Assembly: GCA_042571405.1 (NCBI GenBank)
Contig: JBHPHU010000001.1
Span: 9,298-73,297 of the forward strand
DNA length: 64,000 bases
Direction: 5' to 3'
Origin: Candidatus Omnitrophota bacterium
GTDB taxonomy: Bacteria > Omnitrophota > Gorgyraeia > Gorgyraeales > Gorgyraeaceae
Under the pieces are notes generated by a model, which was not told the DNA's origin, ran no database searches, and worked only from the letters and a program-made list of their open reading frames with translations. The position numbers and the translations under genes were made by a program. Below, piece by piece: positions 19,743 through 30,331 of this stretch (positions are counted from its first letter, which is position 1; each line of letters starts with the position of its first letter).

Positions 19743-19976
19743 TTACATTACTCCCAGGGCTTCCTGGATCAAAGGAAGTATAGCCGCTGTTTCTTCTTTC
19801 GTCATCCTGCCTAATTTAGTAAACCTGAATTCGCCCTCCATGTTTCTGTTTTCTCTGTTTATCTGGAGTTTTTTGGCGCCCTTATTATAGGAATGTACGC
19901 TTACAGTCAAGCGCAGCGCTTCTGTTTCCCATGATTTTGAAAATAACGTCTCGTCCAACGAGCTGTCGTAAGGCAT
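19743..19976 (-). CDS. small protein, possibly PC4/YdbC-like
   Basis: 77 aa. The FTKLGRMTKEETAAI segment resembles the YdbC family. Weak call. Confidence 0.3.
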   Translation of the reverse strand: MPYDSSLDETLFSKSWETEALRLTVSVHSYNKGAKKLQINRENRNMEGEFRFTKLGRMTKEETAAILPLIQEALGVM

Positions 19977-19986
19977 TTTTACCCTC

Positions 19987-20400
19987 CTATTTTTTTAACA
20001 ACTTGTTTATTCTATCTACTAGCGGCTGGAACTTATCTCCCTTTCTTATGACTATGCGGCCTTTTTCTTTGCCTTTTATATGATCATCTAATTCTCCTAT
20101 TATCCTGTCAAAAGGCCCTATTATCCTGTGAGATATCTTGTAGGCCAGGAATAAAATAATCGAAATAGAAAGCGGCGCCGCATATAATAAAATAGAACTG
20201 ACCTTTTGTGACGCAGGAATAACATTATAAGCAATGGCCTCTGGAATCGCAATCTGCTCTGCTGTAACACCGAAGATTAGATAATAAAGGGAGATGGTAG
20301 CTATGCCAGTCGGTATTATTGCCGCTGCCACTACAAGCAGAAAAATTTCCCTGTGCAGCTTATTAGCGAAATTCTTTCTTCTTTTGTGTTTTTTATTCAT
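19987..20400 (-). CDS. two-TM membrane protein with HAMP-like linker
   Basis: Two hydrophobic helices, then amphipathic IIGPFDRIIGELDD. Confidence 0.35.
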   Translation of the reverse strand: MNKKHKRRKNFANKLHREIFLLVVAAAIIPTGIATISLYYLIFGVTAEQIAIPEAIAYNVIPASQKVSSILLYAAPLSISIILFLAYKISHRIIGPFDRIIGELDDHIKGKEKGRIVIRKGDKFQPLVDRINKLLKK

Positions 20401-21076
20401 CTTTATACCCCACTTTTATGTCTTTATACTCTGCCTCTGCGCTGGACAATGTATTATCTGTATCAGTCATAAGGGCAATCGCGCCAACATTTCCAAAAGG
20501 GGCCTTACCAAATGCCCTTTTATAGTCTTCGTAGATATTGCGCTGCTCAAGTACCCATTTATTCATATTCCCTGTACCTGATTCAACTATAATAAGCTTG
20601 ATATTCTTAAAATATGGGCTTGTCATTACTGTTCCTTCCGGTAAATATTCATCCCATATATATTCTATGCTCTTTGTCTTCCTAAAATTCATGCTCGGAA
20701 AAATAACATATACCCTTGCGGCATAATCGTCCTTTTCTATCCATCCATTTTCCTCAGTAGCTCTATACTTCTTTTTTTCAGGAAATTGCACTACTTTCCA
20801 CTGCCAGCTTATCATAGGGAGTGTTTTGGGACTAAATCTCATCTTATAAAATAGGCCTGAGCAGGCTTGCTCACTTTTAGCTAAAAGGTATCCGTCTTTG
20901 AGTCCTTCTTCTATTGAATACAGGACCTTGTTCTTAAATACCTTTTCCTGCCATTCCTTAAGCGAATTCTTTTCATCAAAAAGAAACCACTTGGGCAAAT
21001 TTCCAGCATAGGCATAATATATGAATAGTATGGATATAGCAGCTATTAGTAAATACCAACTTTTTCGATTTCTCAT
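20393..21076 (-). CDS. DUF3047-like exported protein
   Basis: Signal anchor, ISWQWKV, DDYAARVYVIF, ALMTDTDNT pattern recalled from DUF3047. Confidence 0.45.
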   Translation of the reverse strand: MRNRKSWYLLIAAISILFIYYAYAGNLPKWFLFDEKNSLKEWQEKVFKNKVLYSIEEGLKDGYLLAKSEQACSGLFYKMRFSPKTLPMISWQWKVVQFPEKKKYRATEENGWIEKDDYAARVYVIFPSMNFRKTKSIEYIWDEYLPEGTVMTSPYFKNIKLIIVESGTGNMNKWVLEQRNIYEDYKRAFGKAPFGNVGAIALMTDTDNTLSSAEAEYKDIKVGYKDE

Positions 21077-21124
21077 GCTGTATTATATTCTACTGTCAAA
21101 GAATACATCATGCAATAAAAAAGA

Positions 21125-22072
21125 TTATTCCGCAGCGTTAAAGTAGTCCAAGTAGTCGCTGTCCGGACTAAAGATGATCATTGTGTCGCCGTCTATAGTG
21201 TTTTTGTAAGTATCAAGTGTTTTCAAGAAAGAATAGAACTCCGGGTCTTTATTGTAGGCGTCCGCGTAAATCGCTATTGCGGTTGCATCTCCTTTTCCTT
21301 TTATCTCTTCTGCCTTCTTGTATGCCTCTGAACTAATCTGCTTCAACTCCTTCTGCATCTGGCCCTCTATTTCCCTTTTTTTGCCCTGGCCCTCTGAACG
21401 ATATCTTTCAGCTGCCCTTTTTCTCTCGGATATCATCCTCTCATAGACTTTGTCGCGTACATCGCTTACATAGTTTATCCTCTTAATCCTTAGGTCCACA
21501 AGATTTATGCCATATTGCGGCATTATCTCCCTGGCCTGCTTCAGTATTCCTCGCGTAATAGCATTTCTGCCAACCTTTATTGTCTCAAGCGCTTCGTCAG
21601 ATGCCTTTATCTCATCCTGTTCGCCGGTCTGCCGCCTTTCTATCAAGCTATTTGAATTACGCACGATCTCAACAAGATTGTGACTTGTGATATAATCTCT
21701 TGTCGCGGAATCCACTATGTCATCCAATCTTGCGTGCGCCCCAACTTCACTTGTCACTGACTGCATAAACTTAAGGGCATCAACTATCTTCCATCGCGCT
21801 GTTGTATCCACCCATATATATCTCTTGTCTCTTGTAGGGATCTGGTTCGGATTGCCATCCCATTGAAGAATGCGTTTTTCAAAATAATTTGCCTGCTGAA
21901 CAAATGGCAGCTTAAAATGAAGACCTGCCTTTATGATAGGCCTTCCCATCGGTTCTCCGAACTGCGTAACAACCACCTGCTGGGTTTCATCAATAGTATA
22001 AATCGTACCGCTTAAGAAAAAGAGCCCCACTATCACTAAGACACCTATTAATATATTTATTATTGTCTTCAT
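21125..22072 (-). CDS. hflC: HflC (SPFH/band-7 protease modulator)
   Basis: SPFH domain, N-terminal TM, paired with HflK upstream through an overlapping stop/start. Confidence 0.85.
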   Translation of the reverse strand: MKTIINILIGVLVIVGLFFLSGTIYTIDETQQVVVTQFGEPMGRPIIKAGLHFKLPFVQQANYFEKRILQWDGNPNQIPTRDKRYIWVDTTARWKIVDALKFMQSVTSEVGAHARLDDIVDSATRDYITSHNLVEIVRNSNSLIERRQTGEQDEIKASDEALETIKVGRNAITRGILKQAREIMPQYGINLVDLRIKRINYVSDVRDKVYERMISERKRAAERYRSEGQGKKREIEGQMQKELKQISSEAYKKAEEIKGKGDATAIAIYADAYNKDPEFYSFLKTLDTYKNTIDGDTMIIFSPDSDYLDYFNAAE

Positions 22073-23070
22073 TGCGCACCTCCCTGATTCAGCTTAAGAA
22101 GAGGTAAAATACTGCTAGACGATGCATCCATGATATATTTCTGTCCTGCCATTGGCAATACCTCATTCATTGTCTCCAGATATAATCTTTTGCGCGTAAC
22201 CTCTTTTGCTTCCTTATACGCATTCCATGTATCTATAAATCTCGCTGCGTCTCCTTTTGCCGCGTTTATTCTCTTAAGCGCATACCCCTCAGACTCCTTG
22301 ATAGTCTTTTCTGCCTGACCCTTTGCAGCAGGTATGGCTTTGTTATACGCCTCCCAGGCCTGGTTTATCATCTTTTCCTTTTCCTGCTTTGCCTCGTTCA
22401 CCGCATTAAAGGATGGCTTTACCTCATCAGGAGGATTTACGTCCTGCAGCTTTACTGTTACAACCTTAATGCCGCTATCATAAGAATCAAGTATCTCCTG
22501 CAGTTTATCCTGCACTTTTTGATTTATCTCTACCCTGCGTGTGGTGAGGACCTCGCTTACTGAATCGTCACCCACTGTCTGCCTCATCACTGCCTCAGAG
22601 ATATTCTGCAGCGTCTCTCGAGGATCTCTTATATTAAATAAAAGTTTTACAGGATCCTTTACCTTAAACTGTACTATCCACTCAACCACCAGAACATTCA
22701 AGTCTCCTGTAAGCATAAGCGATTCGTCAAAATATTCCCTTGAGGAATACTGCGTCTTTATGCCTGACTTCAAGGTCCTAAAACCAAATTCTTCCTTAAA
22801 TATGTATTTTACCTTGACCTTGTTGGCCTTTTCTGCGCCCATGGGTATCTTAAAATGAAGTCCCGGATTCGTAGTACGAGCATATTTTCCAAATCTCCTT
22901 ATTACGCCTACCTCATCAGGCCCGACTGAATAGAGTCCTGAAAATATAAATATCAGGACCAAAAATCCAGCCACTGCGGGAATGACATATTTTCTTATAT
23001 CAGGTATTCCTGCCACAGGATTAACCTTCTTGCCGCCTCCTAACAATTCATCAGGTGTATCAAAATCCAT
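22069..23070 (-). CDS. hflK: HflK (SPFH/band-7 protease modulator)
   Basis: SPFH domain. Start chosen at MDFDTPDELLGGG (ATG at 23070) behind an AAGGAGG RBS. Confidence 0.85.
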   Translation of the reverse strand: MDFDTPDELLGGGKKVNPVAGIPDIRKYVIPAVAGFLVLIFIFSGLYSVGPDEVGVIRRFGKYARTTNPGLHFKIPMGAEKANKVKVKYIFKEEFGFRTLKSGIKTQYSSREYFDESLMLTGDLNVLVVEWIVQFKVKDPVKLLFNIRDPRETLQNISEAVMRQTVGDDSVSEVLTTRRVEINQKVQDKLQEILDSYDSGIKVVTVKLQDVNPPDEVKPSFNAVNEAKQEKEKMINQAWEAYNKAIPAAKGQAEKTIKESEGYALKRINAAKGDAARFIDTWNAYKEAKEVTRKRLYLETMNEVLPMAGQKYIMDASSSSILPLLKLNQGGAQ

Positions 23071-23244
23071 GACTGCCTCCTTTTTTTGGATAACAAGCAT
23101 TGTACCGCTAAATAACTTGTTATGCAACGATAATAAAATCTTCAAAAAAAATTTTATTTTTTATCCTTTTCTCTTTGCAAAATAAAAAAACATGTTATAC
23201 TGAAAAATAGACATAGAAAATTTCAACAACGAAAGGGGTGTTTT

Positions 23245-24750
23245 ATGAAATTTAATGGCAAGCTTTTGATTATTGGTTGTGGTTCTGTATCTCAATGCGC
23301 TATTCCTATCGCCTTAAAACTCATCGATATGCCTGCAAAAAATGTCACCATAATGGACTTTGTCGATAACCGCGCGCGCGTAAAAGATTCTTTGGATAAA
23401 GGCGTAAACTACGTCATGGATAGAGTAACTTCTGAAAATTATGCCCAGCTCCTTGCAAAATACGCTGGACCAGGAGATATAATCATTGATCTTGCGTGGA
23501 ACATAGAGTGCGTCACCATCGTCCAATGGTGCAGAGACAACCAGGTCCTATATGTCAATACCTCTGTCGAGGAATGGGACCCCTATAAAGACACTGAAAG
23601 AAACGATCCAACCAAATACACTCTTTATTCCAGACACATGGATCTTCGCCAAAAGATCACCGGATGGAACGACAGAAATACCATCTCTGCCATTGTAGAC
23701 CATGGCGCAAATCCTGGGCTCGTATCACATTTCACGAAACATGCATTACTCGGAATCACTGAAAAAATCTTGAAGGAAAAACCAAAGGACCCAAGAAAAA
23801 AAGATCTGGAGAAAGCGCTGCAGGATAAAAATTTTGCGAAGCTGGCGCAGACTACAGGAGTCAAGATAATACATATAAGTGAACGCGATACGCAGATCAC
23901 TAATAAACCTAAAGAAGTCAATGAATTCGTCAATACCTGGAGCATAGAAGGATTTTTCGAAGAAGGTGTTGCGCCTGCAGAACTTGGCTGGGGAACACAC
24001 GAGTATTACGTCCCTAAAAAAGCTTTTTTCCATAAAGTAGGTCCGAAAAATCAGATTTGCCTTGGTACTATAGGCATGAAGACTTGGGTTCGCTCATGGG
24101 TACCATGCGGTGAAATCACAGGCATGGTCGTACGTCACGGAGAGGCTTTCAGCATCTCGGACCGGCTTACAGTGTGGGACAACGGAAAAGCGATCTATAG
24201 ACCTACTGTGCACTACGCATATTGCCCGTCTAACGCGGCAATAAACTCTCTTCACGAACTGGAAATGAGACAGTTCCATCTCCAGGAAAAGCAAAGGATA
24301 ATGAGCGACGAGATCATAGATGGCAGGGATGAATTAGGTGTCCTTCTTATGGGACATGATTTTAAGTCATGGTGGTGTGGAAGTATTTTGGACATACACG
24401 AATCCAGAAAACTAATTCCTCATCAACAGGCAACCACTATGCAGGTCGCAATATCTGTTGTGGTGGCCGCTATGTGGATGATACAAAATCCAAAAAGAGG
24501 ATTTTTATTGCCGGATGACATAGATCATGAGTTTATCCTAAAACATGCTATGCCTTATATAAAACCTTTTGTCTCAGAGGCAGTGGACTGGACACCTTTA
24601 AAAAACTTAAATACAAAATTCACCAAATTTGATATCCCTAAGCCAAAAGATGAAGATGTCTGGCAATTTACGACATTCTTAGTCGACCCCAGGGAAAGGT
24701 TAAACGCATATGACACAAGGACAATGCAGCCACAAGCAGCAAAAGTCTAA
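23245..24750 (+). CDS. hss: homospermidine synthase / saccharopine-dehydrogenase-like NAD enzyme
   Basis: N-terminal LLIIGCGSVSQCAIPI Rossmann motif and about 500-aa length typical of bacterial HSS. Adjacent to an ODC-type decarboxylase. Confidence 0.65.
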   Translation: MKFNGKLLIIGCGSVSQCAIPIALKLIDMPAKNVTIMDFVDNRARVKDSLDKGVNYVMDRVTSENYAQLLAKYAGPGDIIIDLAWNIECVTIVQWCRDNQVLYVNTSVEEWDPYKDTERNDPTKYTLYSRHMDLRQKITGWNDRNTISAIVDHGANPGLVSHFTKHALLGITEKILKEKPKDPRKKDLEKALQDKNFAKLAQTTGVKIIHISERDTQITNKPKEVNEFVNTWSIEGFFEEGVAPAELGWGTHEYYVPKKAFFHKVGPKNQICLGTIGMKTWVRSWVPCGEITGMVVRHGEAFSISDRLTVWDNGKAIYRPTVHYAYCPSNAAINSLHELEMRQFHLQEKQRIMSDEIIDGRDELGVLLMGHDFKSWWCGSILDIHESRKLIPHQQATTMQVAISVVVAAMWMIQNPKRGFLLPDDIDHEFILKHAMPYIKPFVSEAVDWTPLKNLNTKFTKFDIPKPKDEDVWQFTTFLVDPRERLNAYDTRTMQPQAAKV

Positions 24751-24787
24751 ACAGGAGATCAGCGGTACGGAAAATCTCATAAAGGCG

Positions 24788-25873
24788 ATGCTGAAAAAAC
24801 ATGGCTCGCCCTTAATGCTTATAAGGCGTTCTGCTCTTCAAAAACAGTACGCCCGTTTCCGCAAATGCCTGCCAGATATCACTCCGTACTATGCAATAAA
24901 GGCAAATCCTAACCCAGCCATAATAAAGACATTCGTTAAATTAGGCGCGTCTTTTGATGTAGCAAGCGCGGCAGAAATGAAACTGGTTTTGAGGCTTGGC
25001 GCATCGCCTTCAAAGATCATATTTGCAAACACTATCAAGTCTTCGGAAGACATACAGGCTGCCAGACGCCGCAGAGTAAGGCTGATGACATTTGACAACG
25101 AGCCGGAACTTTACAAGATCGCGAAACACCATCCTAAGGCGCGAGTGCTTGTCCGTATTAAAGTAGCTAATGAAGGTAGTCAGGTAGAACTCTCTCTTAA
25201 ATTTGGCGCGGACCCTGATCAGGCCTTTTTTCTTTTGCGAAAAGCCAAAACTCTGGGGCTTATACCAACAGGTGTAAGTTTTCACGTCGGAAGTCAGGCA
25301 AAGAATGTTGAAAACTATCTTCAGGCGCTTGAAATCTCGGCAAAGATCTTTGAAGAGGCAAAAGAAAATGATCTTCCCTTGAAGATACTGGATATAGGCG
25401 GTGGATTTCCGATACAGCATTTTGACAATGAGTTAGGAATCAACTTTGAAAGAATGGCCTCTCAAATAAGAAGACAAAAGAAAGAGCTTTTTTCCCGCAA
25501 TGTAAAATTCATTGCTGAACCAGGCAGGTTTCTTGTAGGGCCTGCGGGTCTTCTTGTCACGCAGGTCATAGGAAGAACATTTCGCAACAATAAAAACTAC
25601 TATTATCTCAATGATGGCATATACGCGGACTTCTCAGGCATGGTCTTTGACCATTGCAAATATCAGTTCAAGACACTTAGGAGAGGCCCAACATACTTGA
25701 GTACACTAGCTGGTCCTACCTGTGATTCATTCGACACGCTATCCACAAATGAAGAAATACCTGAATTATACGTAGATGATGTTGTGTATGTGAAGAATAT
25801 CGGGGCTTATTCGTCCGCAAGCGCTATACCAAACTTCAACGGTTTCTCGCCAGCAAAGATTATCTTAGTATAA
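24788..25873 (+). CDS. type III PLP-dependent decarboxylase (ornithine/lysine decarboxylase family)
   Basis: YAIKANP (PLP lysine), DIGGGFP, GPTCDSFD motifs. The start is moved to the ATG at 24788, after the upstream stop. Confidence 0.75.
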   Translation: MLKKHGSPLMLIRRSALQKQYARFRKCLPDITPYYAIKANPNPAIIKTFVKLGASFDVASAAEMKLVLRLGASPSKIIFANTIKSSEDIQAARRRRVRLMTFDNEPELYKIAKHHPKARVLVRIKVANEGSQVELSLKFGADPDQAFFLLRKAKTLGLIPTGVSFHVGSQAKNVENYLQALEISAKIFEEAKENDLPLKILDIGGGFPIQHFDNELGINFERMASQIRRQKKELFSRNVKFIAEPGRFLVGPAGLLVTQVIGRTFRNNKNYYYLNDGIYADFSGMVFDHCKYQFKTLRRGPTYLSTLAGPTCDSFDTLSTNEEIPELYVDDVVYVKNIGAYSSASAIPNFNGFSPAKIILV

Positions 25874-25881
25874 AGCTGATT

Positions 25882-28020
25882 CTACTTTCCTTCCCAGAAT
25901 TTTTCTGCTTCTTCTTCCATCTTCTCGAGACGATCGTAATAATCCGGAAATTCATTCAGGTGGGCTAATGCTATCTTTCCTGTAATCAAGGGGTCATTGT
26001 TGCTGACATTTGTGGAAACGTCTTCCAGGCCATGCTCGAGCTCTACATCCATACCTCTTCTGAATTGATCGACATTAAACTTGTCCCATTTAATGCCTAT
26101 CTTCTCACCAACTGCCTTTGCCTCTTCATTGCTGAAATGTTTTTTTAGCACCATAAAGACATCCGGCATAGGATAGTCACCATGTTTTTTCCTGCAATCC
26201 TCTAACCGCTTCTTCTGGTCATTAAGGGTTCTCATTAATATAGCTGGAGTGTCAAAGACCTTTGTATGGTAGATATTTTTTATTCTCTCTATTTTGGCCA
26301 GGCATTCGGGAATACGGATCTTAAATTGTTCTTTGTATTCTTCTTCTGTATAAACCTTGCCGCGTACAGTCTCGAACAATGCTCTGAGATCTTTATATTT
26401 GGGGATATACCCTATTGGCGTCTTTATTACACCTACATCATCATTGACTCGCAGCTCCATCCATTTGATCCATACATGTTTATCTTTGATGTCGTTTAAA
26501 AATTTCCCGTCTTTTCCGCGCAGGAAATAATTTACGTGGAATATAAGCGGCTGGTTTTTAACGCCCTGCACTATATCAAGATTATTTTGAATATATCTAC
26601 CTATTGGTACAGAGAGGAAGTCCAGGTTTGCCATGAGATTAAATTTTCGAACACCCTCCTGACCAAGCGTAGCAGCTGTAGTCTCTGATTCTATCGCGGC
26701 GCCTTGCGCGAGTATGCCATGCGACCAGTCAAATGATTGCGCAATAGGAACACTTGTATCTGAATCACGGCCTCCATAGATAATCCCGCCTACTTCCACG
26801 CCATTTGGATTCTCAAGGTTTTTATCACAGTTCTTGAGGTCTTTTAGGCCTATAGTATAACGCGCATTTTTATGCGCGTACGGAACTTCTTTTCCGTCAG
26901 GATCTTTCTTGCCGGGTATCCATTTTCCTGAAAAATTAATACCTTTTGCCGGAGCTTCTCTGTCATCACCCAGCCAACGCGGATTATTCTTCTCATCTAT
27001 TAATATATTTGAAAAGATAACCTCTCCTGGAGTAGTTAACGCCTCGAATATAGCAGGATCGTTCTTTTCGCTCACATCCTGTATGATCCCAAAAATACCC
27101 TTTTCTACATTGACCGTGCGTATCTTTCCGTCAATTTTGCGTAAATACGCAATATCATCACCTATGATCTTCTCACCACCGAGCATGGCAGTAGCAGTCT
27201 TGCCGCATGCGGACGGGAAAGAGCCAGTAAAATAAGTAACGCGTTTTTTATCAGGGCCGTGTACGCCCATAACAAACATATGTTCTGTAAGCCACCCCTC
27301 TTCTGAAGCGCGCCTGATAGCAAGGCGCATTGAGAGTTTTTTAAGTCCGACAGTGTTGCCGGCATACTGTGTATTCGCACTTAAAACCATTTCCTCTTCA
27401 ATGTCTATATATACACGGCGCTTGTCGACATTTTTACTGACAGCTCCGTCCAATTCACCGGCAGTATGAACAGCTCTAAAAAAACTTCCTTTATCGTTAA
27501 GTTTTTTAACCTGCTCATACCCGCTACGGTAAAGCATGTCTTCTGAATGCGCAACATAGCTTGAATCAGTCACTTGTACGGCTGAAATGGAAAATTCAGA
27601 ATCAGTAGGGCCTAGACAATAAAAACACACGTACATCTCCTTGCCCTTCATCGCATCCTTAAAAAAACCGTGTATCTCTTTTAGCCCCTCTTCTCTGTCA
27701 ACTGACTTTATATCCGAACCAAGCACTTCATCCGGCCTCAGAAGATACCTTGTATTCGCCTTATCCCTTGCCTGATCATGGTATCCGTCAAAATGTATTG
27801 TATGGCCTTTTATGGCAAGAGCCTGCTCTTCTTTATTCTCCAAGGTCTTTTTTCGTATATAATCTGCGTCCTCTTTGGAGTCAGTCCGCACAAACACTGA
27901 ATCCGGGTTACAGAGTTCTACATATTTGGCAACAAAATCTATAACCTTAGCATTTGCAAGCGCTTCCAACTTTTTGTAGCTATCTTCCCCGCATTTTTTC
28001 TTAAGTAATTTTTTATCCAT
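25882..28020 (-). CDS. pckG: GTP-dependent phosphoenolpyruvate carboxykinase with an extra about 95-aa C-terminal DUF5661-like domain
   Basis: FPSACGKT kinase-1a motif and PEPCK-GTP body. The tail GMDVELEHG..TNVSNNDPLITGKIALAHLNEFPDYYDRLEKME is not part of canonical PEPCK. Confidence 0.85.
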   Translation of the reverse strand: MDKKLLKKKCGEDSYKKLEALANAKVIDFVAKYVELCNPDSVFVRTDSKEDADYIRKKTLENKEEQALAIKGHTIHFDGYHDQARDKANTRYLLRPDEVLGSDIKSVDREEGLKEIHGFFKDAMKGKEMYVCFYCLGPTDSEFSISAVQVTDSSYVAHSEDMLYRSGYEQVKKLNDKGSFFRAVHTAGELDGAVSKNVDKRRVYIDIEEEMVLSANTQYAGNTVGLKKLSMRLAIRRASEEGWLTEHMFVMGVHGPDKKRVTYFTGSFPSACGKTATAMLGGEKIIGDDIAYLRKIDGKIRTVNVEKGIFGIIQDVSEKNDPAIFEALTTPGEVIFSNILIDEKNNPRWLGDDREAPAKGINFSGKWIPGKKDPDGKEVPYAHKNARYTIGLKDLKNCDKNLENPNGVEVGGIIYGGRDSDTSVPIAQSFDWSHGILAQGAAIESETTAATLGQEGVRKFNLMANLDFLSVPIGRYIQNNLDIVQGVKNQPLIFHVNYFLRGKDGKFLNDIKDKHVWIKWMELRVNDDVGVIKTPIGYIPKYKDLRALFETVRGKVYTEEEYKEQFKIRIPECLAKIERIKNIYHTKVFDTPAILMRTLNDQKKRLEDCRKKHGDYPMPDVFMVLKKHFSNEEAKAVGEKIGIKWDKFNVDQFRRGMDVELEHGLEDVSTNVSNNDPLITGKIALAHLNEFPDYYDRLEKMEEEAEKFWEGK

Positions 28021-28089
28021 AGTGTTTTATATATTATCATAAGAGATAAATAAAGGCAAGTGGTTTTTTTATGGGCTGGCGACAGAAAG

Positions 28090-28986
28090 TTATTCTAATA
28101 AACTATATCCCTGCAGAATGCTCTCAGCGAAAAAATTAGCTATAGGATCAAATCTATGTATGTCTCCCATCTGCAGAACACCATAGTAACGCTCTCTGTC
28201 TTTATTTTGTATCACACAAGGAGGAAAGCTTTTCGATAATAGCTGAGTTATAGAAATAAGCCTGCCCACTCTACCATTTCCATCGCTAAACGGGTGCATG
28301 TTTTCAAATTCATAATGATTAATAGCTGCTTTTTTTATCACATTACCCTCGTATATATTTACATCTGAGATGAATTCTTTGAATAGCTGCGGGACAAACT
28401 GGTAGTGAGGCAGTTTTTTCTGAAGCCCCCTTATACCTACATTTACTTTTCTTAATTGACCTGCGTCTTTACTTAAACCGTGCATAACCATTCTATGCAA
28501 TGACAATATAAAATCTTCATCTATTTTAAAATTCTTGATTGCTTTTGAAAATATAAACTCCAGCGCTGTTTTGTGGTTTATTGCCTCTTGTTGTTCCTTT
28601 TGGCTTTTATTAGCTAAAACGTCTCCTTTTATAATGATTCTCGCTGTATCATTTTCTGTCAAAGTACTGCCTTCTATTGCATCTGAATTATAGGTCAGTG
28701 TTATCAGAAATTTATTATATATGCTGGGGTTTTCTTTGATTGTTTTTAGGGGATTCTTGTGTCTTTTTTTTAATCCAGCGACCAATAAAGGTAGATCAGC
28801 TTTTTCTATAAATAACTTATACAGTTTTTGTCTATGTGCGGTATACGGTATTCTTTTCTCGTTGATCCACCTGTTTACAGTCTTATAATCGACCTCTAAA
28901 GTCCTGGCTATATCTGCCTGGTTCATGCCAGACATTTTCATAATACAACTAATCTGCTCTTGTACGGAAAATATACCATTTATCAT
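28090..28986 (-). CDS. Fic family protein with N-terminal XRE-type HTH
   Basis: HPFSDGNGRVGR Fic motif. N-terminal MSGMNQADIARTLEVDYKTVNRW is an HTH. Confidence 0.85.
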   Translation of the reverse strand: MINGIFSVQEQISCIMKMSGMNQADIARTLEVDYKTVNRWINEKRIPYTAHRQKLYKLFIEKADLPLLVAGLKKRHKNPLKTIKENPSIYNKFLITLTYNSDAIEGSTLTENDTARIIIKGDVLANKSQKEQQEAINHKTALEFIFSKAIKNFKIDEDFILSLHRMVMHGLSKDAGQLRKVNVGIRGLQKKLPHYQFVPQLFKEFISDVNIYEGNVIKKAAINHYEFENMHPFSDGNGRVGRLISITQLLSKSFPPCVIQNKDRERYYGVLQMGDIHRFDPIANFFAESILQGYSLLE

Positions 28987-29066
28987 AAATAATCACCTAT
29001 TAAAATATACCACATGGTGTATATTCTGTCAAGAGAAATCCTATATAGACGTCCCCAAATCCCGCC

Positions 29067-30170
29067 TTATATATTGGAGGAAAGTTTCTCCAGAAAAAAT
29101 AAGAATCGACCCTTGAAACCTATATCGGAGCTTAATTTTTTACCTTCTTCTTGGCTAACTATATTTTTATTTTCAAACATTGTAGATGCACTTTGAATAT
29201 TAAGATGACCTTGAAGAGCATTAACTATCATATTTTCTATTTTTTCTAATTCATAAATAGTTATTTTATCTTTAGAATCAATAGGAAGCCCTTGATGATA
29301 ACCTAATAATTTGTTAGTTTTCTCAACAGACAAATCTACCATACCCATCTTTACTAATTTTTCTAAGAATAAAAAAATGTATACGTGTTTTAACTCATGT
29401 CTCAAGTGCTCATCTGCTGTTGCAGGCATAGCATATCCTAGATTAAGAAAAGTCGTAGTAAGATAAACTGAAGCGACGATAATCGAAGGGAGGATAACAG
29501 GCAATACTGAAAAATAATTTGCTGAATGCATACATAAAGATATAGCATCTTGTAGGCTTGGTAAGGTCAATACAAAAACGGTCAATGGCACAATAGCTGA
29601 CCATGGGCTTGCAATTATTACTTTGTACTTATGTTTTTCGCCGCTAAAATCATGGGAAGTCTTCGAGTTAGAGTAGCCCATTAGGGCAAGATGTTCGAAT
29701 ATAAAAAATAAAGGTATTCCAATAATAATTAGAAGAACCGCTACAATGATTCTGTTAAAAAGTGATGTAAAAATCGGGCTTGATATAGAAGAGAAAATAC
29801 CGCGCAATCCATATCCAAAATTATTAGGCAGGAAATTAATTGCATTTTCTCTAACTCTAAGATAGTCTGTATTTAATTCTTTGGCTATTTTTTTTATATG
29901 TTTTTCAAATTCTAATCCGCTAAGCTCATCTTTTCCTTCAAAACTTGGTCTCAAATATTCAATAACGACTTTTATCTTCTTCTCTGCCTCGTTCTCCATT
30001 GCAATTCTCTTTTCTGCATTAACAATCCTTTGGTTATCTTCATTGCTAATCTCATCAAGCATTAAATTATTTCTAAGATTAGATGCAGCGTAAGCTATAG
30101 CATGAAAAAATATACACACGCTAACACAAATAGCGATAATTTTGAACAATACTTTTCTAAATCTCTTCAT
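29067..30170 (-). CDS. polytopic membrane protein with HExxH motif (putative metalloprotease)
   Basis: Signal peptide, several TM helices and an HELKH motif. No further family assignment. Confidence 0.4.
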   Translation of the reverse strand: MKRFRKVLFKIIAICVSVCIFFHAIAYAASNLRNNLMLDEISNEDNQRIVNAEKRIAMENEAEKKIKVVIEYLRPSFEGKDELSGLEFEKHIKKIAKELNTDYLRVRENAINFLPNNFGYGLRGIFSSISSPIFTSLFNRIIVAVLLIIIGIPLFFIFEHLALMGYSNSKTSHDFSGEKHKYKVIIASPWSAIVPLTVFVLTLPSLQDAISLCMHSANYFSVLPVILPSIIVASVYLTTTFLNLGYAMPATADEHLRHELKHVYIFLFLEKLVKMGMVDLSVEKTNKLLGYHQGLPIDSKDKITIYELEKIENMIVNALQGHLNIQSASTMFENKNIVSQEEGKKLSSDIGFKGRFLFFLEKLSSNI

Positions 30171-30331
30171 AATCCACCCAAAAAATTCTGCTTCGCTAAA
30201 AAGCTTTCACTTTTAGCTTCGCAGAAACTATTATATGTATCTAACTATAAGTATATCACAAATATTACACCTTGAGAAGGTCCCTACCTAATGATTGACA
30301 ATATTGCGAAAAAGAGGTAAATTAGGAACTT

